64,000 nt of DNA from Chiloscyllium plagiosum (lineage: Eukaryota). The notes under the pieces are model-generated. The model was not told the DNA's origin, did no database searches, and was given only the letters and a program-made list of their open reading frames with translations. A program made the translations under genes and the position numbers. Location of the stretch: the NCBI RefSeq assembly GCF_004010195.1, contig NC_057720.1:69682847-69746846 (forward strand), in the 5' to 3' direction. This document shows positions 26,611-39,104 of this stretch, piece after piece (positions within the stretch are counted from its first letter, which is position 1; each line of letters opens with the position of its first letter).

Positions 26611-27369
26611 TTCCAGCAACACGTTTTCACCTCCTCCCATTCCACCAACTATCTCCATTAACGCAAACTCAACCAACACTGCACACACTAAGGTGTGATT
26701 AAAGAACGTTCAAAGTTAAATCTATTTCTCTCTCCACAAATCCTTCCTGACTGTCTAAGCATTTCCAATCTTTTCTGTTTTTATTTCAGATTTCTCCTCC
26801 CCAGAGTGTTTTGCTTTTGCAGAAATTCAAGACAACCTCCCATGCTACTTTCAAAAGGTGTGACATCTTTAAAATAATGTTTCAAACTATGAGACTTGAA
26901 TCTTGCTAAACTTGTATTCAAGTCACCAATGGCATTGAAAGAATTAAACGGTTTATTGTGGTTGCAATTATTCATAACAATCAAATAGGACAAACAGCAC
27001 TTTCTTTTAGCTGGCTCAACAGACACAATATTTGGCTGGTACATGGATAGTGCTGGATTTAGTATGTAAAGCTTGATGCGTGTATCTGAGTGATCAAAAA
27101 GATGAACAAGCTTTTCTTAGGTATGGCATGGAAAGACTTTGGTCCAAACTACATTATCACTTTGCTCCCCAATGTCGCCACCATCATACACACACACACA
27201 AAACCAGAAATGCAATTTCTGTCAGGTCACATTCGAGATTGTCATTGCAACTTTCACCTAAAGTGGTCAAGACATTTTTTCATCTCAGTCTTGTTGGTCA
27301 AGCCCTGACAGTTGTCTCAATGAACTTTGCACATTGAGTGCACTTTGCAATGAAGTGGCACTTACAAAA

Positions 27370-27824
27370 AATGTGCCAGGGTTTGAGGATTTGAGCTATA
27401 GGAAGAGGCTGAACAGGCTGGGGCTGTTTTCCCTGGAGCATCGGAGGCTGAGGGGTGACCTTATAGAGGTTTATAACATCATGAGGGGCATGGATAGGAT
27501 AAATAGACAAAGTATTTTCCCTGGGGTCAGGGAGTCCAGAACTAGAGGGCATGGATTTAGGGTGAGAGGGGAAAGATATAAAAGAGGGGCAACTTTTTCA
27601 CGCAGAGGGTGGTACGTGTTTCGAATGAGCTGCCAGAGGAAGTGGTGGAGGATGGTACAATTGCAGCATTTAAGAGACATTTGGATGGGTATATGAATAG
27701 GAAGGGTTTGGAGGGATATGGGCCGGGTGCTGGGCAGGTGGGACTAGATTGGGTTGGGATATCTGGTCGGCATGGACAGGTTGGACCGAAGGGTCTGTTT
27801 CCATGCTGTACATCTCTATGACTC
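27370..27824 (+). mobile_element. CR1 (HER1-like) 3' fragment
   Basis: Nearly identical to 1-503, with a frameshifting deletion near 27586. Confidence 0.92.
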
Positions 27825-28457
27825 AATGACCTTTTATCTTCCAGGGAATTGTTATGCTGCAGGATGAGACCACTAATGAGTAAAGCAAGGTTGGAATTTT
27901 TTCCAAATAGCAGGCATCAGATACTTCCAGTTCCAATTCAGTACAGTAGAGGTCCTACACCTGGTTCTACTTCAAAGTCAGCTCCCAAAAGTTAAGGCGG
28001 CAATGATTTAATTCATTCTTCTGTGAAGAGAGCTCTGATAGCCATTCATGAAAGAAACTGAGTTTTTGGTTTAAGTTAAAGTCCCTTTTTACCCACACAC
28101 AAAAATGGTGCTGTTCCCATATCTCAAAATCTCTCATTTATCTGTGTTTCCTCTGACAAGAGCTGCCTTGGTTAAAGTTATTCGTCAAGTAATTTGCACA
28201 CTTTGTGACACTGTCTGTACACTCATTTATTATTAATTCTATTGTAGAAACAAGTTATCTTAAGCAAGTGAGTCTGTAAGCCAAAGAAAAAAAATGCCTG
28301 AGGTGTCATTAAATATGAAGGAGTCAAAGCTGAACAAGAGTGTTATTGTTGGACGTACTGCTCTTCCCACACCTCCTCACATTAGTTCATTCAAACTGTT
28401 ACTGATAAATGAAAGTGATCATTGAAGTCAGTAAACAGAGCAGAAGAAAAATCTCTC

Positions 28458-28561
28458 AAATATACATAGGCAAAATAACATCTGTGTTCCCCTTATCTCC
28501 ACTGTGTAACCATCCTTTGTACATTCTGTGACATTCCACTAAAAACTATTTATCACTTTTC
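28458..28561 (+). repeat. Source copy of a 104-bp local duplication (copy at 29030-29133)
   Basis: 28466-28561 is identical to 29038-29133 (96 bp); the match extends 8 bp further with one mismatch. Confidence 0.97.
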
Positions 28562-29133
28562 TTAAGAAAAGGGAAAATTGTAATATTTTCTCCATAATGG
28601 AAGTAATTCTTACTGTGGTAAATCAAGGTGTACAGGACATGTTAGCTAGCGATACTTATTCCTCAACCAACATCACAATAGAAATTCTCAACATTATCAT
28701 ACTGTTTGTGGAAGCTTGGTGCATACAAACTGGTCACCACGGGCTGAATCGTACACTTTTCTGGCTAAGTTCCAGTTGTGTCAGGTTACTTATTTTTGAG
28801 CATTTTGAGGCCTTGAGAGCTTTTGTGCTGAACCTAAAAAAAAACCTGCCTCATTAACTACTACCTCCCCTACCCCAAAGTATTCCTGTCATCCAATTCT
28901 TTACCCAGCTTACCACACGGCATTGCATGAACATCTCATCCCTGCTGGGATGTCCCAGCATTGACCAGCACCTTCGACAAAAGGTCATTGCTTCAGTCTA
29001 AAGGGAAATTTGGCTCCCTACTTTAGTGAAAATATATATAGGCAAAATAACATCTGTGTTCCCCTTATCTCCACTGTGTAACCATCCTTTGTACATTCTG
29101 TGACATTCCACTAAAAACTATTTATCACTTTTC

Positions 29134-30507
29134 ACTGTCAACGGTGGTGGTACCAGGGGACTGGAGAGTGGCGAATGTTGTGCCCCTGTTCAAAAAGGGA
29201 ATAGGGATAACCCCGGGAATTACAGGCCAGTTAGTCTTACTTCGGTGGTAGTCAAAGTAATGAAAAGGATACTGAGGGATAGGATTTATGAGTATCTGGA
29301 AAGACACTGCTTGATTAGGGACAGCCAGCACAGATTTGTGAGCTGTAGGTCTTGCCTTACAAGTCTTATTGAATTCTTTGAGGAGGTCACCAAGCATGTG
29401 GATGAGGGTAGAGCAGTAGACGTAGTGTACATGGATTTTAGTAAGGCATTTGATAAGGTTCCCCATGGTAGGCTTTTGCAGAAAGTCAGGAGGCATGGGA
29501 TAGAGGGAAATTTGGCCAGTTGGATAGAAAACTGGCTAACCGGTCGAAGTCAGAGAGTGGTGGTAAATGGTAAATATTCAGCCTGGAACCCAGTTACAAG
29601 TGGAGTTCCACAGGGATCAGTTCTGGGTCCTTTGCTGTTTGTAATTTTTATTAATGACTTGGATGAGGGAGTCGAAGGGTGGGTCAGTAAATTTGCAGAT
29701 GATACGAAGATTGGTGGAGTTGTGGATAGTGAGGAGGGCTGTTGTCGGCTGCAAAGGGACTTGGAGATGATGCGGAGCTGGGCTGAGGAGTGGCAGATGG
29801 AGTTCAACCCTGTCAAGTGTGAGGTTGTCAATTTTGGAAGGACAAATAAGAATGCGGATTACAGGGTTAACGGTAGGGTTCTTAGTGAGGTGGAGGAGCA
29901 GAGGGATCTTGGGGTATATGTTCATAACTCTTTGAAGGTTGCCACTCAGGTGGATAGAGCTTGTAAGAAGGCCTATGGTGAATTAGCATTCATTAGCAGA
30001 GGGATTAAATTCAAGAATCGTGAAGTGATGTTGCAGCTGTACAGGACCTTGGTAAGGCCACATTTGGAGTACCAGAGAAGATTTACCAGGATGTTGCCTG
30101 GAATGGAGAATAGGTCGTACGAGGATAGGTTGAGAGCTTTTTCTCATTGGAACGGCGAAGGATGAGGGGTGACTTGATAGAGGTTTATAAGATGATCAAA
30201 GGAACAGATAGAGTAGACAGTCAGAAACTTTTTCCCCAGGTACAACAGAGTGTTACAAGGGGACATAAATTTAAGGTGAAGGGTGGAAGGTATAGGGGGG
30301 ATGTTAGGGGTAGGTTCTTTACCCAGAGAGTGGTGGGGGCATGGAATGCGCTGCCTGTGGGAGTGGCAGAGTCAGAATCATTGGTGACCTTTAAGCGGCA
30401 ATTGGATAGGTACATGGATGGGTGTTTAAGCTAGGACAAATGTTCGGCACAACATCATGGGCCGAAGGGCCTGTTCTGTGCTGTATTGTTCTATGTTCTA
30501 TGTTCTA
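29134..30507 (+). mobile_element. 5'-truncated CR1 LINE (family with GTTCTAT tail), RT domain largely intact
   Basis: ORF 29245-30165 has YMDFSKAFDKVPH, GVPQGSVLGPLLF and KFADD. About 19 codons appear deleted after RPHLEY and there is a frameshift near 30135. Tail is (GTTCTAT)n; 8-bp TSD CTACTTTA at 29018-29025 and 30505-30512. Confidence 0.95.
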
Positions 30508-30512
30508 CTTTA

Positions 30513-30700
30513 CAGACAGAGACTTGGATGCCGTGCTGCACGGTTCGCTGTAGATGTAAGATGTCCTCTTCCCCAAGGACCAGCAGAGAAGGCCACAACA
30601 CCAGACTATGCCAGCTGCTCTAAGTTTGCCACCCAGACCAGTGCAGTCTCACATGTTTGGAGAAATGCACAGCATAATGGAAAGAAAGCCAATGCTGTCT
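30513..30700 (+). pseudogene. Harbinger Myb/SANT-like relic, continuing from about 29001-29025 before the CR1 insertion
   Basis: Removing the insertion gives KGNLAPYFTDRDLDAVLHG, then DVLFPKDQQRRPQHQT..SAVSHVWRNAQH.GKK.N in shifted frames. Confidence 0.6.
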
Positions 30701-33399
30701 CCATTCTACACAGTAAGTGCCATCAACGTCTCTCCAATACCTCACACTTCCTCTGTTTCTGCTCCTCTGTCTTAACCTCCCACCAAGGCTCATGTTCTAC
30801 TACTTTCACTTGAAACTGTGATATCTTCCCTCACTCACTGCATGCCCTCTGTGCTCTCTCAGTTGGACACGTTTCCACCTCTTCTCCCTTCATACCTGCC
30901 TGTTTCATTCATGGAAGAAAATGGCCCCCTGAGTCACAATGAGTAGTAGATTGCCTGATATTCAATTCCTTATCAGCATCCAGACTTGGATTGCCCCAGT
31001 TGGCTGACTGACCATGCCACAGCCCATGGACTGGTATTGGAGGTTGTCCTTGACCTACTGTATCAGGCCCCTCTGAGTGAAAGCTACCTCCCTTGACTTG
31101 ACTAAGGACCACTGACAGCTCTGATAGGCTTCTAGGCTTGTGTCTGTGCTAATTGGCAAGATATTACAGCAGTAGTTTGAGCTCGCTACATCTATCTGTG
31201 GGCAAGATGGCAGGGCTGCTGTGAGCTTCCAGGTTGCCACAAAGTAAGTGAGTGCTTAGACAGCAAGTGAGCAGCCGTAAGGGACAGCCTGCTCCAATCC
31301 ATATGCTGGCTGTGTGTCCCTGAGTGCACAGTATCCTTGCTGTTGCATCACAATGAGAGTTACTGGTGCAGCACAAGGTACAGCACTGATGCGCAGAGGT
31401 TGTCCTCTAAATGAGTCTGAGATGTGCCATGAGGGAAATACATTGAATATCACATATTGGATGCCAATGTTGTGGACATCGGGATGTAACTGAAGTCCTC
31501 AAAGCATGCTCAAGATGTTGGTTCAACATGGGTCTCCTTTAGAACATAACACTGGGTTGAGGTCACCAGGTACTTGTGCTTACTTCAATGTCAACAATTC
31601 TGAAAGTCCAGCTTGTTCTGTATCATTTGGTAAGCTGAATAATAATGAAGCGGGTTGTAGCATTCATAAGTTGTTTAAACAAGTTATAATTCCTCTTCAT
31701 TGATAACATAAGCCCCTATATCATTCCATCCCACATCTTCTTTGTGACAACAATGACCACTGAAGGTAATTAATTTTCACCTATAAAGTAATTTGAGGTG
31801 TCGTGACAAAAGGACCTTTTCAAATGCAAGTCTTCTGTTTTCCTGTTGACCTGCTACTGATTCAGTTAGACAGACTTTGGCAAAAGGAGAATGCGTTGTT
31901 TCTTTCCTGCGAGCCTTTTGTGCATTCAGGCATCGTTTAAGTCATAGTATGACTTCTGTGCTGATGTTCATTTTACAATCTGCTGCAGTGCAACTGAGCA
32001 TTAACTCTGCTGGTGCTGAATAATTTCTGCAGGACAGAAATTTCACCTCAATTTCAGAACTGTGTAAACAAGAAACGCGGTGCAGAAGCAATCAACTATC
32101 ACAAAAAAAACTGAATTGGAGAGTTTTCTGGTCGTTTTGATCCAGTTTATGAGGCATTGCACTCACCATATGATTATTAGGGCTAGATTTGCCAGGTTTC
32201 TTGAGGTTTTGTCTGCACACAGTCCTATAGGGTGACTGTACAAGGTCCAAGGCATAGACTTTTAACATGCTAATGTTTGTAGTCCTGCTAATATGTCAGT
32301 AACAATTGTAATGTATTTTTTATTGTTGCATTTGCATGATCAACCAAGCAAAAAGGTTGTTATATGAGAATATGTGCTTGGATTTTCAATCCCTGAAGTT
32401 TTGATCTAAAATGGAGAATAACCCTCTCACATTTGACAGCCCACTAAACACGCTGTGTCATTACATTTTCAAAAATGTATTCTTGGGATAAGAGCATCAC
32501 AAGTGGATCCAGTGTTTATTGCCAATGCTTTGTTAGCCTTGAGAAGTTGAATATGTTTCTAATATAGATACACAGGTTATAAAAACAGACTTGTATTTAT
32601 AGAGTCCCTTCCATGATGCTGAGATGTCATCAAACACTTTACACCATATGAAGTACTTTTGAAATGTAATTCCTGTTATAACTTAGGGAGAACAAAGATG
32701 GTGCAGACAATACTATGTACTCTTTATCTGTTTAAGTGCAATACAACCTTGTTGTCCAAACCTCAGAGAAAATAATTATTATTTCCTGCCCCCACTAAGT
32801 GCTTGTATCAGAAAACCATAAACGTGGATTGACGACAAAAAGTTTTGACTCTGAAACACAAAATCCAACCATCTGTATTAAATATAAACACTCAGGATTC
32901 TAGGGGCCAGTGTCTGCAGGTTCACATCCACAGGCTAAAATGAATGCTACTCATAAGCTTTGAATTACTGAGATCAACTTAAGTCTCCACTTTACAATGG
33001 GATAATTAACAAAAAAAAGTCTAGTAATAAATTAACTTTGCTTTTGGAAAATTGTGTTTAAACGCCAAAATAAAAATTGATGATGATAAAGCAGTTCTCA
33101 ATTAAATAGATGAAGAATCCAATGTTCAAGTTCTGTGTCCATTCTGGAAAAGATACCACAGTGGCAAATACAAAGTTGATGAACACAATTCCCTTACTCC
33201 CCACTTGTTGTGGCATTCAGGTGGGTATATTAAGGACAGGAACAGCTTAATTTAGAAGCATGTATCTTAGTTTATGTTTTGCTGATATCTTCACACTATA
33301 CAGAATTTTAATCAGGGATGCTTCTGAGTTCAGCGCATTTTAGATCTTTACCATTCCGTTTGAAGCTGGTCAATTTCTTTTAGTTTTTTACAGATCAGT

Positions 33400-33595
33400 G
33401 TCGAACAGTACAGCACAGTACAGGCCCTTCGGCCCCCGATGAGATGGACAATATAGAGTCATAGAGTCATTGAAATGTACCTATCCAGATGCCTTTTAGA
33501 TGCTGTAATTGTACCAGCCTCCACAACCTCTGGCAATTCATTCTATACACACACCATCCTCTGTGAAAATATTGCCCTTTAGATCCCTTTTAAAT
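33400..33595 (-). mobile_element. Stack of short CR1 3' tails
   Basis: 'gaacagtacagcacagtacaggcccttcggccc' and 'tagagtcatagagtcat...cctccacaacctctggca' precede the younger CR1 tail at 33596. Confidence 0.65.
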
Positions 33596-34143
33596 AGAGT
33601 CATACATTCATAGAGATGTACAGCATGGAAACAGACCCTTCAGTCCACCCTGTCCATGCCGACCAGATATCCCAACCCAATCTAGTCCCATCTGCCAACA
33701 CCCGACCCATATCCCTCCAAACCCTTCCTATTCATATACCCATCCAAATGCCTCTTAAAATGTTGTAATTGTACCAGCCGCCACTACATCCTCTGGCAGC
33801 TCATTCCATACACATACCACCCTCTGCGTGAAAATGTTGCCCCTTAGGTCTCTTTTATATCTTTCCCCTCTCACCCTAAACCAAGCCCTCTAGTTCTGGA
33901 CTCCCTGACCCCAGGGAAAAGACTTTGCCTATTTATCCTATCCATGCCCCTCATAATTTTGTAAACCTCTATAAGGTCACCCCTCAGCCTCCGATGCTCC
34001 AGGGAAAACAGCCCCAGCCTGTTCAGCCTCTCCCTGTAGCTCAGATCTTCCAACCCTGGAAACATCCTTGTATATCTTTTCTGAACCTTTTCAAGTTTCA
34101 CAACATCCTTCCAATAAGAAGGAGATCAGAATTGCATGCAATA

Positions 34144-34671
34144 NNNNNNNNNNNNNNNNNNNNNNNNNNNNNNNNNNNNNNNNNNNNNNNNNNNNNNNNN
34201 NNNNNNNNNNNNNNNNNNNNNNNNNNNNNNNNNNNNNNNNNNNNNNNNNNNNNNNNNNNNNNNNNNNNNNNNNNNNNNNNNNNNNNNNNNNNNNNNNNNN
34301 NNNNNNNNNNNNNNNNNNNNNNNNNNNNNNNNNNNNNNNNNNNNNNNNNNNNNNNNNNNNNNNNNNNNNNNNNNNNNNNNNNNNNNNNNNNNNNNNNNNN
34401 NNNNNNNNNNNNNNNNNNNNNNNNNNNNNNNNNNNNNNNNNNNNNNNNNNNNNNNNNNNNNNNNNNNNNNNNNNNNNNNNNNNNNNNNNNNNNNNNNNNN
34501 NNNNNNNNNNNNNNNNNNNNNNNNNNNNNNNNNNNNNNNNNNNNNNNNNNNNNNNNNNNNNNNNNNNNNNNNNNNNNNNNNNNNNNNNNNNNNNNNNNNN
34601 NNNNNNNNNNNNNNNNNNNNNNNNNNNNNNNNNNNNNNNNNNNNNNNNNNNNNNNNNNNNNNNNNNNNNNN
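34144..34671. other. Assembly gap (528 N) inside a CR1 RT region
   Basis: Run of N flanked on both sides by collinear CR1 ORF2. Confidence 0.99.
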
Positions 34672-35072
34672 CTTTCCAAATACATGTACATCCTGTCCCT
34701 CAGGATTCTCTCCAACAACTTGCCCACCACCGAGGTCAGGCTCACCGGTTTATAGTTCCCTGGCCTGTCTTTACCGCCCTTCTTAAACAGTGGCACCACG
34801 TTTGCCAAGCTCCAGTCTTCCGGCACCTCACCTGTGACTATCGATGATACAAATATCTCAGCAAGAGGCCCAGCAATCAATTCTCTAGCTTCCCACAGAG
34901 TTCTCAGCTACACCTGATCAGGTCCTGGGGATTTATCCACTTTTAACCGTTTAAAGACATCTAGCACTTCCTCCTCTGTAATCTGGACATTTTGCAAGAT
35001 GTCACCATCTATTTCTCTACAGTCAATATCTTCCATATCCTTTTCCACAGTAAATACTGATCCAAATACTGT

Positions 35073-35377
35073 GGGCAGCACGGTGGCACAGTGGTTAGCA
35101 CTGCTGCCTCACAGCGCCAGAGACCCGGGTTCAATTCCCGCCTTAGGCGACTGACTGTGTGGAGTTTGCACATTCTCCCAGTGTCTGCGTTGGTGTGCTC
35201 TGGTTTCCTCCCACAGTCCAAAAATGTGCAGGTTAAGTGAATTGGCCATGCTAAATTGCCTGTAGTGTTAGGTGAAGGGGTAAATATAGGGGAATGGGTC
35301 TGGGTGCATTGCGCCTCGGCGGGGCGGTGTGGACTTGTTAGGCCGAAGAGTCTGTTTCCACACTGTAAGTAATCTAA
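35073..35377 (+). mobile_element. HE1-type SINE nested in CR1
   Basis: GGGCAGCACGGTGGCACAGTGGTTAGCACTGC...GGGTTCAATTCC; tail 'ccacactgtaagtaatctaa'; imperfect aaatact/aaatatt flanks. Confidence 0.92.
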
Positions 35378-38199
35378 AATATTAAGTTAGTATCTCCCCC
35401 CATTTTTAGTGGCTCCACACAAAGGCCGCCTTACTGCTCCTGTTCCGCCTCTAAATCTATTTTGGAAGTGTGGCAGACCTTCAGTTTACACATTTAACTG
35501 GTAGTTTAGATTGTGCAGGGATAGACTCAGGACAAATCTTGAGGAAATTCAAATCTATAACTTTCTAAAGCATGAAAATGATCCAGGCAACAGGCTCTTC
35601 CGTTGTCACTGCCAATAATGTTCCCTGAGTTGTTGACAATATAAATAGAAACTCTTGTTGTTTACATCCTCTTCCCAGTTTTTGCCCAGGTCAAGAGGGA
35701 CCTCAGCAAAATTACCACGATCAAGTATTTCCTTTTTCAGGAAGGGTCACTCGACGCAAAATGTTAACTCTGATTTCTCTCCACAGGTGATGCCAGGCCT
35801 GTTGAGGTTTTCCAGCAATTTCTTATTTTTGTTTTTGATTTAAAGCATCTGCTGTTCTTTTGGTTTTTATTTAATAAGTAGTTCATTTATCCCAGTTACA
35901 CCCATAAGGTCTGCGAAGCTGGAATAGCACAGCTATAGGTGAGGTCCTCAGAGCCAGAACACACTGTTGTCCCCAATTCAATGTCAAAACTCAAGACCCT
36001 TCAGTACAGTGGGCAGATTTACTTCCCAGGGAATATAAATCATATAAATGAGGACACCTGTCACTGTAATACCAGTTTATAAAACATACCTAATTTCAGA
36101 AAGCACTTCATTTATAACAGGGCTAACTGCTATGATTGCAATAAATTCAGGCAGCAACTTTATGGCTTACCATTAGTCCTAACTTAATATACATCGGGCA
36201 GGAGTGTGATTCCTGTGTAAACAGTTCTGTCATACGTTTTCCTGTTTATTATGCAGTAACTAAATCCTTAAGGATTCAGAAACCAGTAACATTGTTTTTT
36301 TGCATGACTCTTGCCAAGTCCAAGATCTTAGCTAATTATCTTATGACATTCCGACATTGACCATGTTCTTGGTGTGTTGTTCTGCCTGTGATTAGTGCAG
36401 TTATGCAATGTAGTCCTTCAGGTCAGTTAAGGGTCTATGTACAGCTCCTTGCTCCAGGGATAAGCAGTCGCCTGATATAGATCAACACAGCTGTCAAGTT
36501 GCTGTAGTAATTGACTCCAAAGAAGTACATAAAGACATCAATAAAGTGTACTCCCACGGATCTCATCAAAGGATCAGAGGTGCAAAGTCATGGCTTCCCA
36601 AGTAGTTGAACAATATTTAATCATACGTCCAACAAAGTATTTGACATTATAGAATCTATTGAATAGGGAAAAAAAACAAAATTCTGTGTTTAAACAGAAT
36701 TTGACATTTCATTGGGAATCAAGAACTGGGACACCTTAATTTAAAATTGGAGCGAGTTAATTTTAGTGGAAAAAGAAAGCAAGTTTTCACAGAAGGGGTA
36801 GGGCTACAAAGGATCTGGAATTTTTCTCCCCCAAAAGGCTACCTATGTCCGACAACTGGAGCTTTCATGACTGAGATCAATAAATTATCATCCATTAAAG
36901 GTATAATGCTGAAGTGTGTAAATGGAGTTATGGTACAGATCAGCTTTGACCTAATTCAGTAGTGGAACATGTGTAAGGTGCTGAATAGACAACGTTGATT
37001 CTATGCTGCTAGAATTGAACATTGTTTTTGTAACTTTACATGAGCCTTCATAAACATTCTTGAAAGTCAAAAGTTTACTACTGGTATTAAGTGTGAATGA
37101 TATGGTGTTCTATTATAAATGTAAATTAATTAACTATTACCAACTGAAAAGCTAGTAATTGTGAATGCTGATGAAGTGCAATGGATTCTACATTAATATA
37201 ATCAAAATAAATTGTGAATCCACACAATGCACTGTCATAAATAGGCATGGGTAGGATGCTTTTGCATTTTCTTTCACTTTTTGTAGGTATTTAATTTTTT
37301 TTCCTAATCTGTCCTATCCTGAAAAGTTGGGAAGTCAAGGTGGACAGTATGTATTGATGTTGGAGCTGCGTGATAACTTTATGCTCTTTTAGGTCAGACT
37401 TCTCTTTGTTTATGGCTAACCCAGCCAACTCTTTCAAGCAGAAACTGTGATTGGCAGCTCCATATGGAAAAGTCAATGGACAACGAGTTAGATACACTGC
37501 TCCTGCTGCACTTCAGATTTTTGGTATTTTCTCTATTGGTGTTCCATTAAAGAAAAAAAATGAAGCAGAACTACAGATTGTAATTCCTATGCCAGCTTCA
37601 GTTTGTCCATCTGACCCAGTCTGGCACTCTGTGTTCAAAATACTACATTCTGAAAGAAGTGAAACAGAAAAGGATATTGTTTAAGCAAATTCTTGTGCTG
37701 ACTCACCAGAACTCAAGTAAAACATGGGCACATGTAAACTGAGATTTTAAACCAAACGTTTTTTTTGTGCATTTTGCGCCATTAATTAGAAACTAAACAA
37801 CCAGGAGTTCTTTGTTGGTAGTATACAAGAATAAAAATTTACATCCAAATTTCAAATACATTTTCAATGGCTGCTTTCTTTTTGGCCAATCTGTTCCTGC
37901 TTTTTTTGGAAGTCCCCAACTTCCCAATTTGACAGTAAAACTTACAGCACTGAAAGATACTGATTAGTAGCAGACTGCAGAAACTTACTTTGAAGGGTTT
38001 TACAGATGAATTTATTATCTTATAAGAAAAATCTCTCAGTTAATCAGATGTATTGAACTTGCCACTCAACAGCGAATGAGGCTTTTTTTTGGCTGATAAA
38101 TTGTACTGGAGTCATTACTAAATGCAGAGAATAAGAATAACATTTTCATTCCAGCTATTTTAAAATAAAAATATTATCAAGTTCTGACCAATGCTGCCA

Positions 38200-38750
38200 A
38201 GGCTACTTTATGAGCCAAACTTAGTTTTCTTGAGAAGGGGATAATGGCTATTCTCCTTGAACCACAGGCAACTCGTTGAATACTGCAGTCTCATGCTGAT
38301 GACGCTTCCACGATGATGATAAGTAGGGAATTTCAGGATGTGGACCCAGTGACGATCAAGAAATGTTGATACTTGGCCAAGTTAGGCTGCTTAATTTAGA
38401 GGGGAACTTGGAGTTATTGGTATTCCAAAAAACAGTTGCTTTTCTTTCTTGATCAGTGGAACTAGGGTAGAAGATATTTTTAATAACCTTGGTGAGTTGC
38501 TGAAGTGATTCATGTAGCCTGTACCTAACTGTTGGCACAATGCATGATGGAGGGAGTGGAGACTGATCCTAGTTATAGAGGCAGCAATTGAATGACCTTT
38601 TCTATCCTGGGATAGGGTTGAGCTCCTTGAGTACTGTAGTAACCTCATCATCTTTTTAAGTGGTGAGTATTCCCACACACCCCTGACTTCTATCCTGTAG
38701 ATTGCAGACGGCTAATGAGGAGTTAGTCTTGAATCATTCATTGTGTGTTT
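38200..38750 (-). mobile_element. Old CR1/L2-group LINE fragment related to 23830-24590
   Basis: Collinear similarity: 'gaggggaacttggagt', 'tttctatcctgggatagggttgagctccttgagt', 'gtggtgagtattcccacacacccctgactt'. Confidence 0.6.
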
Positions 38751-39104
38751 ACCCAAGTTCTAGCCAGAGCTTGCAGAGGTAGAGTTAACTTTTCTTATTC
38801 ATGCACAGAATTTGGGCATTGCTGGCCAGGCTGGCATTTATTGCCCATCCCTAATTGCCCAGAAGGCATTTAAGAAACAACCACATTGTTGTGGGTTTGA
38901 AGTCACATATAGACCAGACCAGGTTAGAACAGCAGTTACATGAACGAACCACAAGGGTTTTTCCTACAATTGACAACAGTTTCATGGTCATCATTAGATG
39001 TTAATTCCAGATTTTGTTTATAAATTTGAATTTTGCCAAGTCAGGTTTTATGACTAGACTCCTTGAGTTCTGAATGCTACCAGCCATTTACCATCCCAAG
39101 CTCT

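Larger units (their letters stand above)
33596..35435 (-). mobile_element. CR1 (HER1-like) LINE fragment spanning the N gap and interrupted by an HE1 SINE
   Basis: 33596-34143 is the reverse complement of the 1-503 family. 34672-35070 encodes IAGPLAEIFVSSIVTGEVPEDWSLANVVPLFKKG..DRPGNYKPVSLTSVVGKLLE. CR1 resumes at about 35378. Confidence 0.9.

Noticed and set aside
29245-30165. 306-aa RT ORF as an active or domesticated gene
   Set aside because: It is 5'-truncated, lacks the endonuclease and a real start, and has an internal deletion and a downstream frameshift.
33925-34880. Long ORFs of 216-276 aa
   Set aside because: They span the 528-N gap; only the CR1 portion is real.
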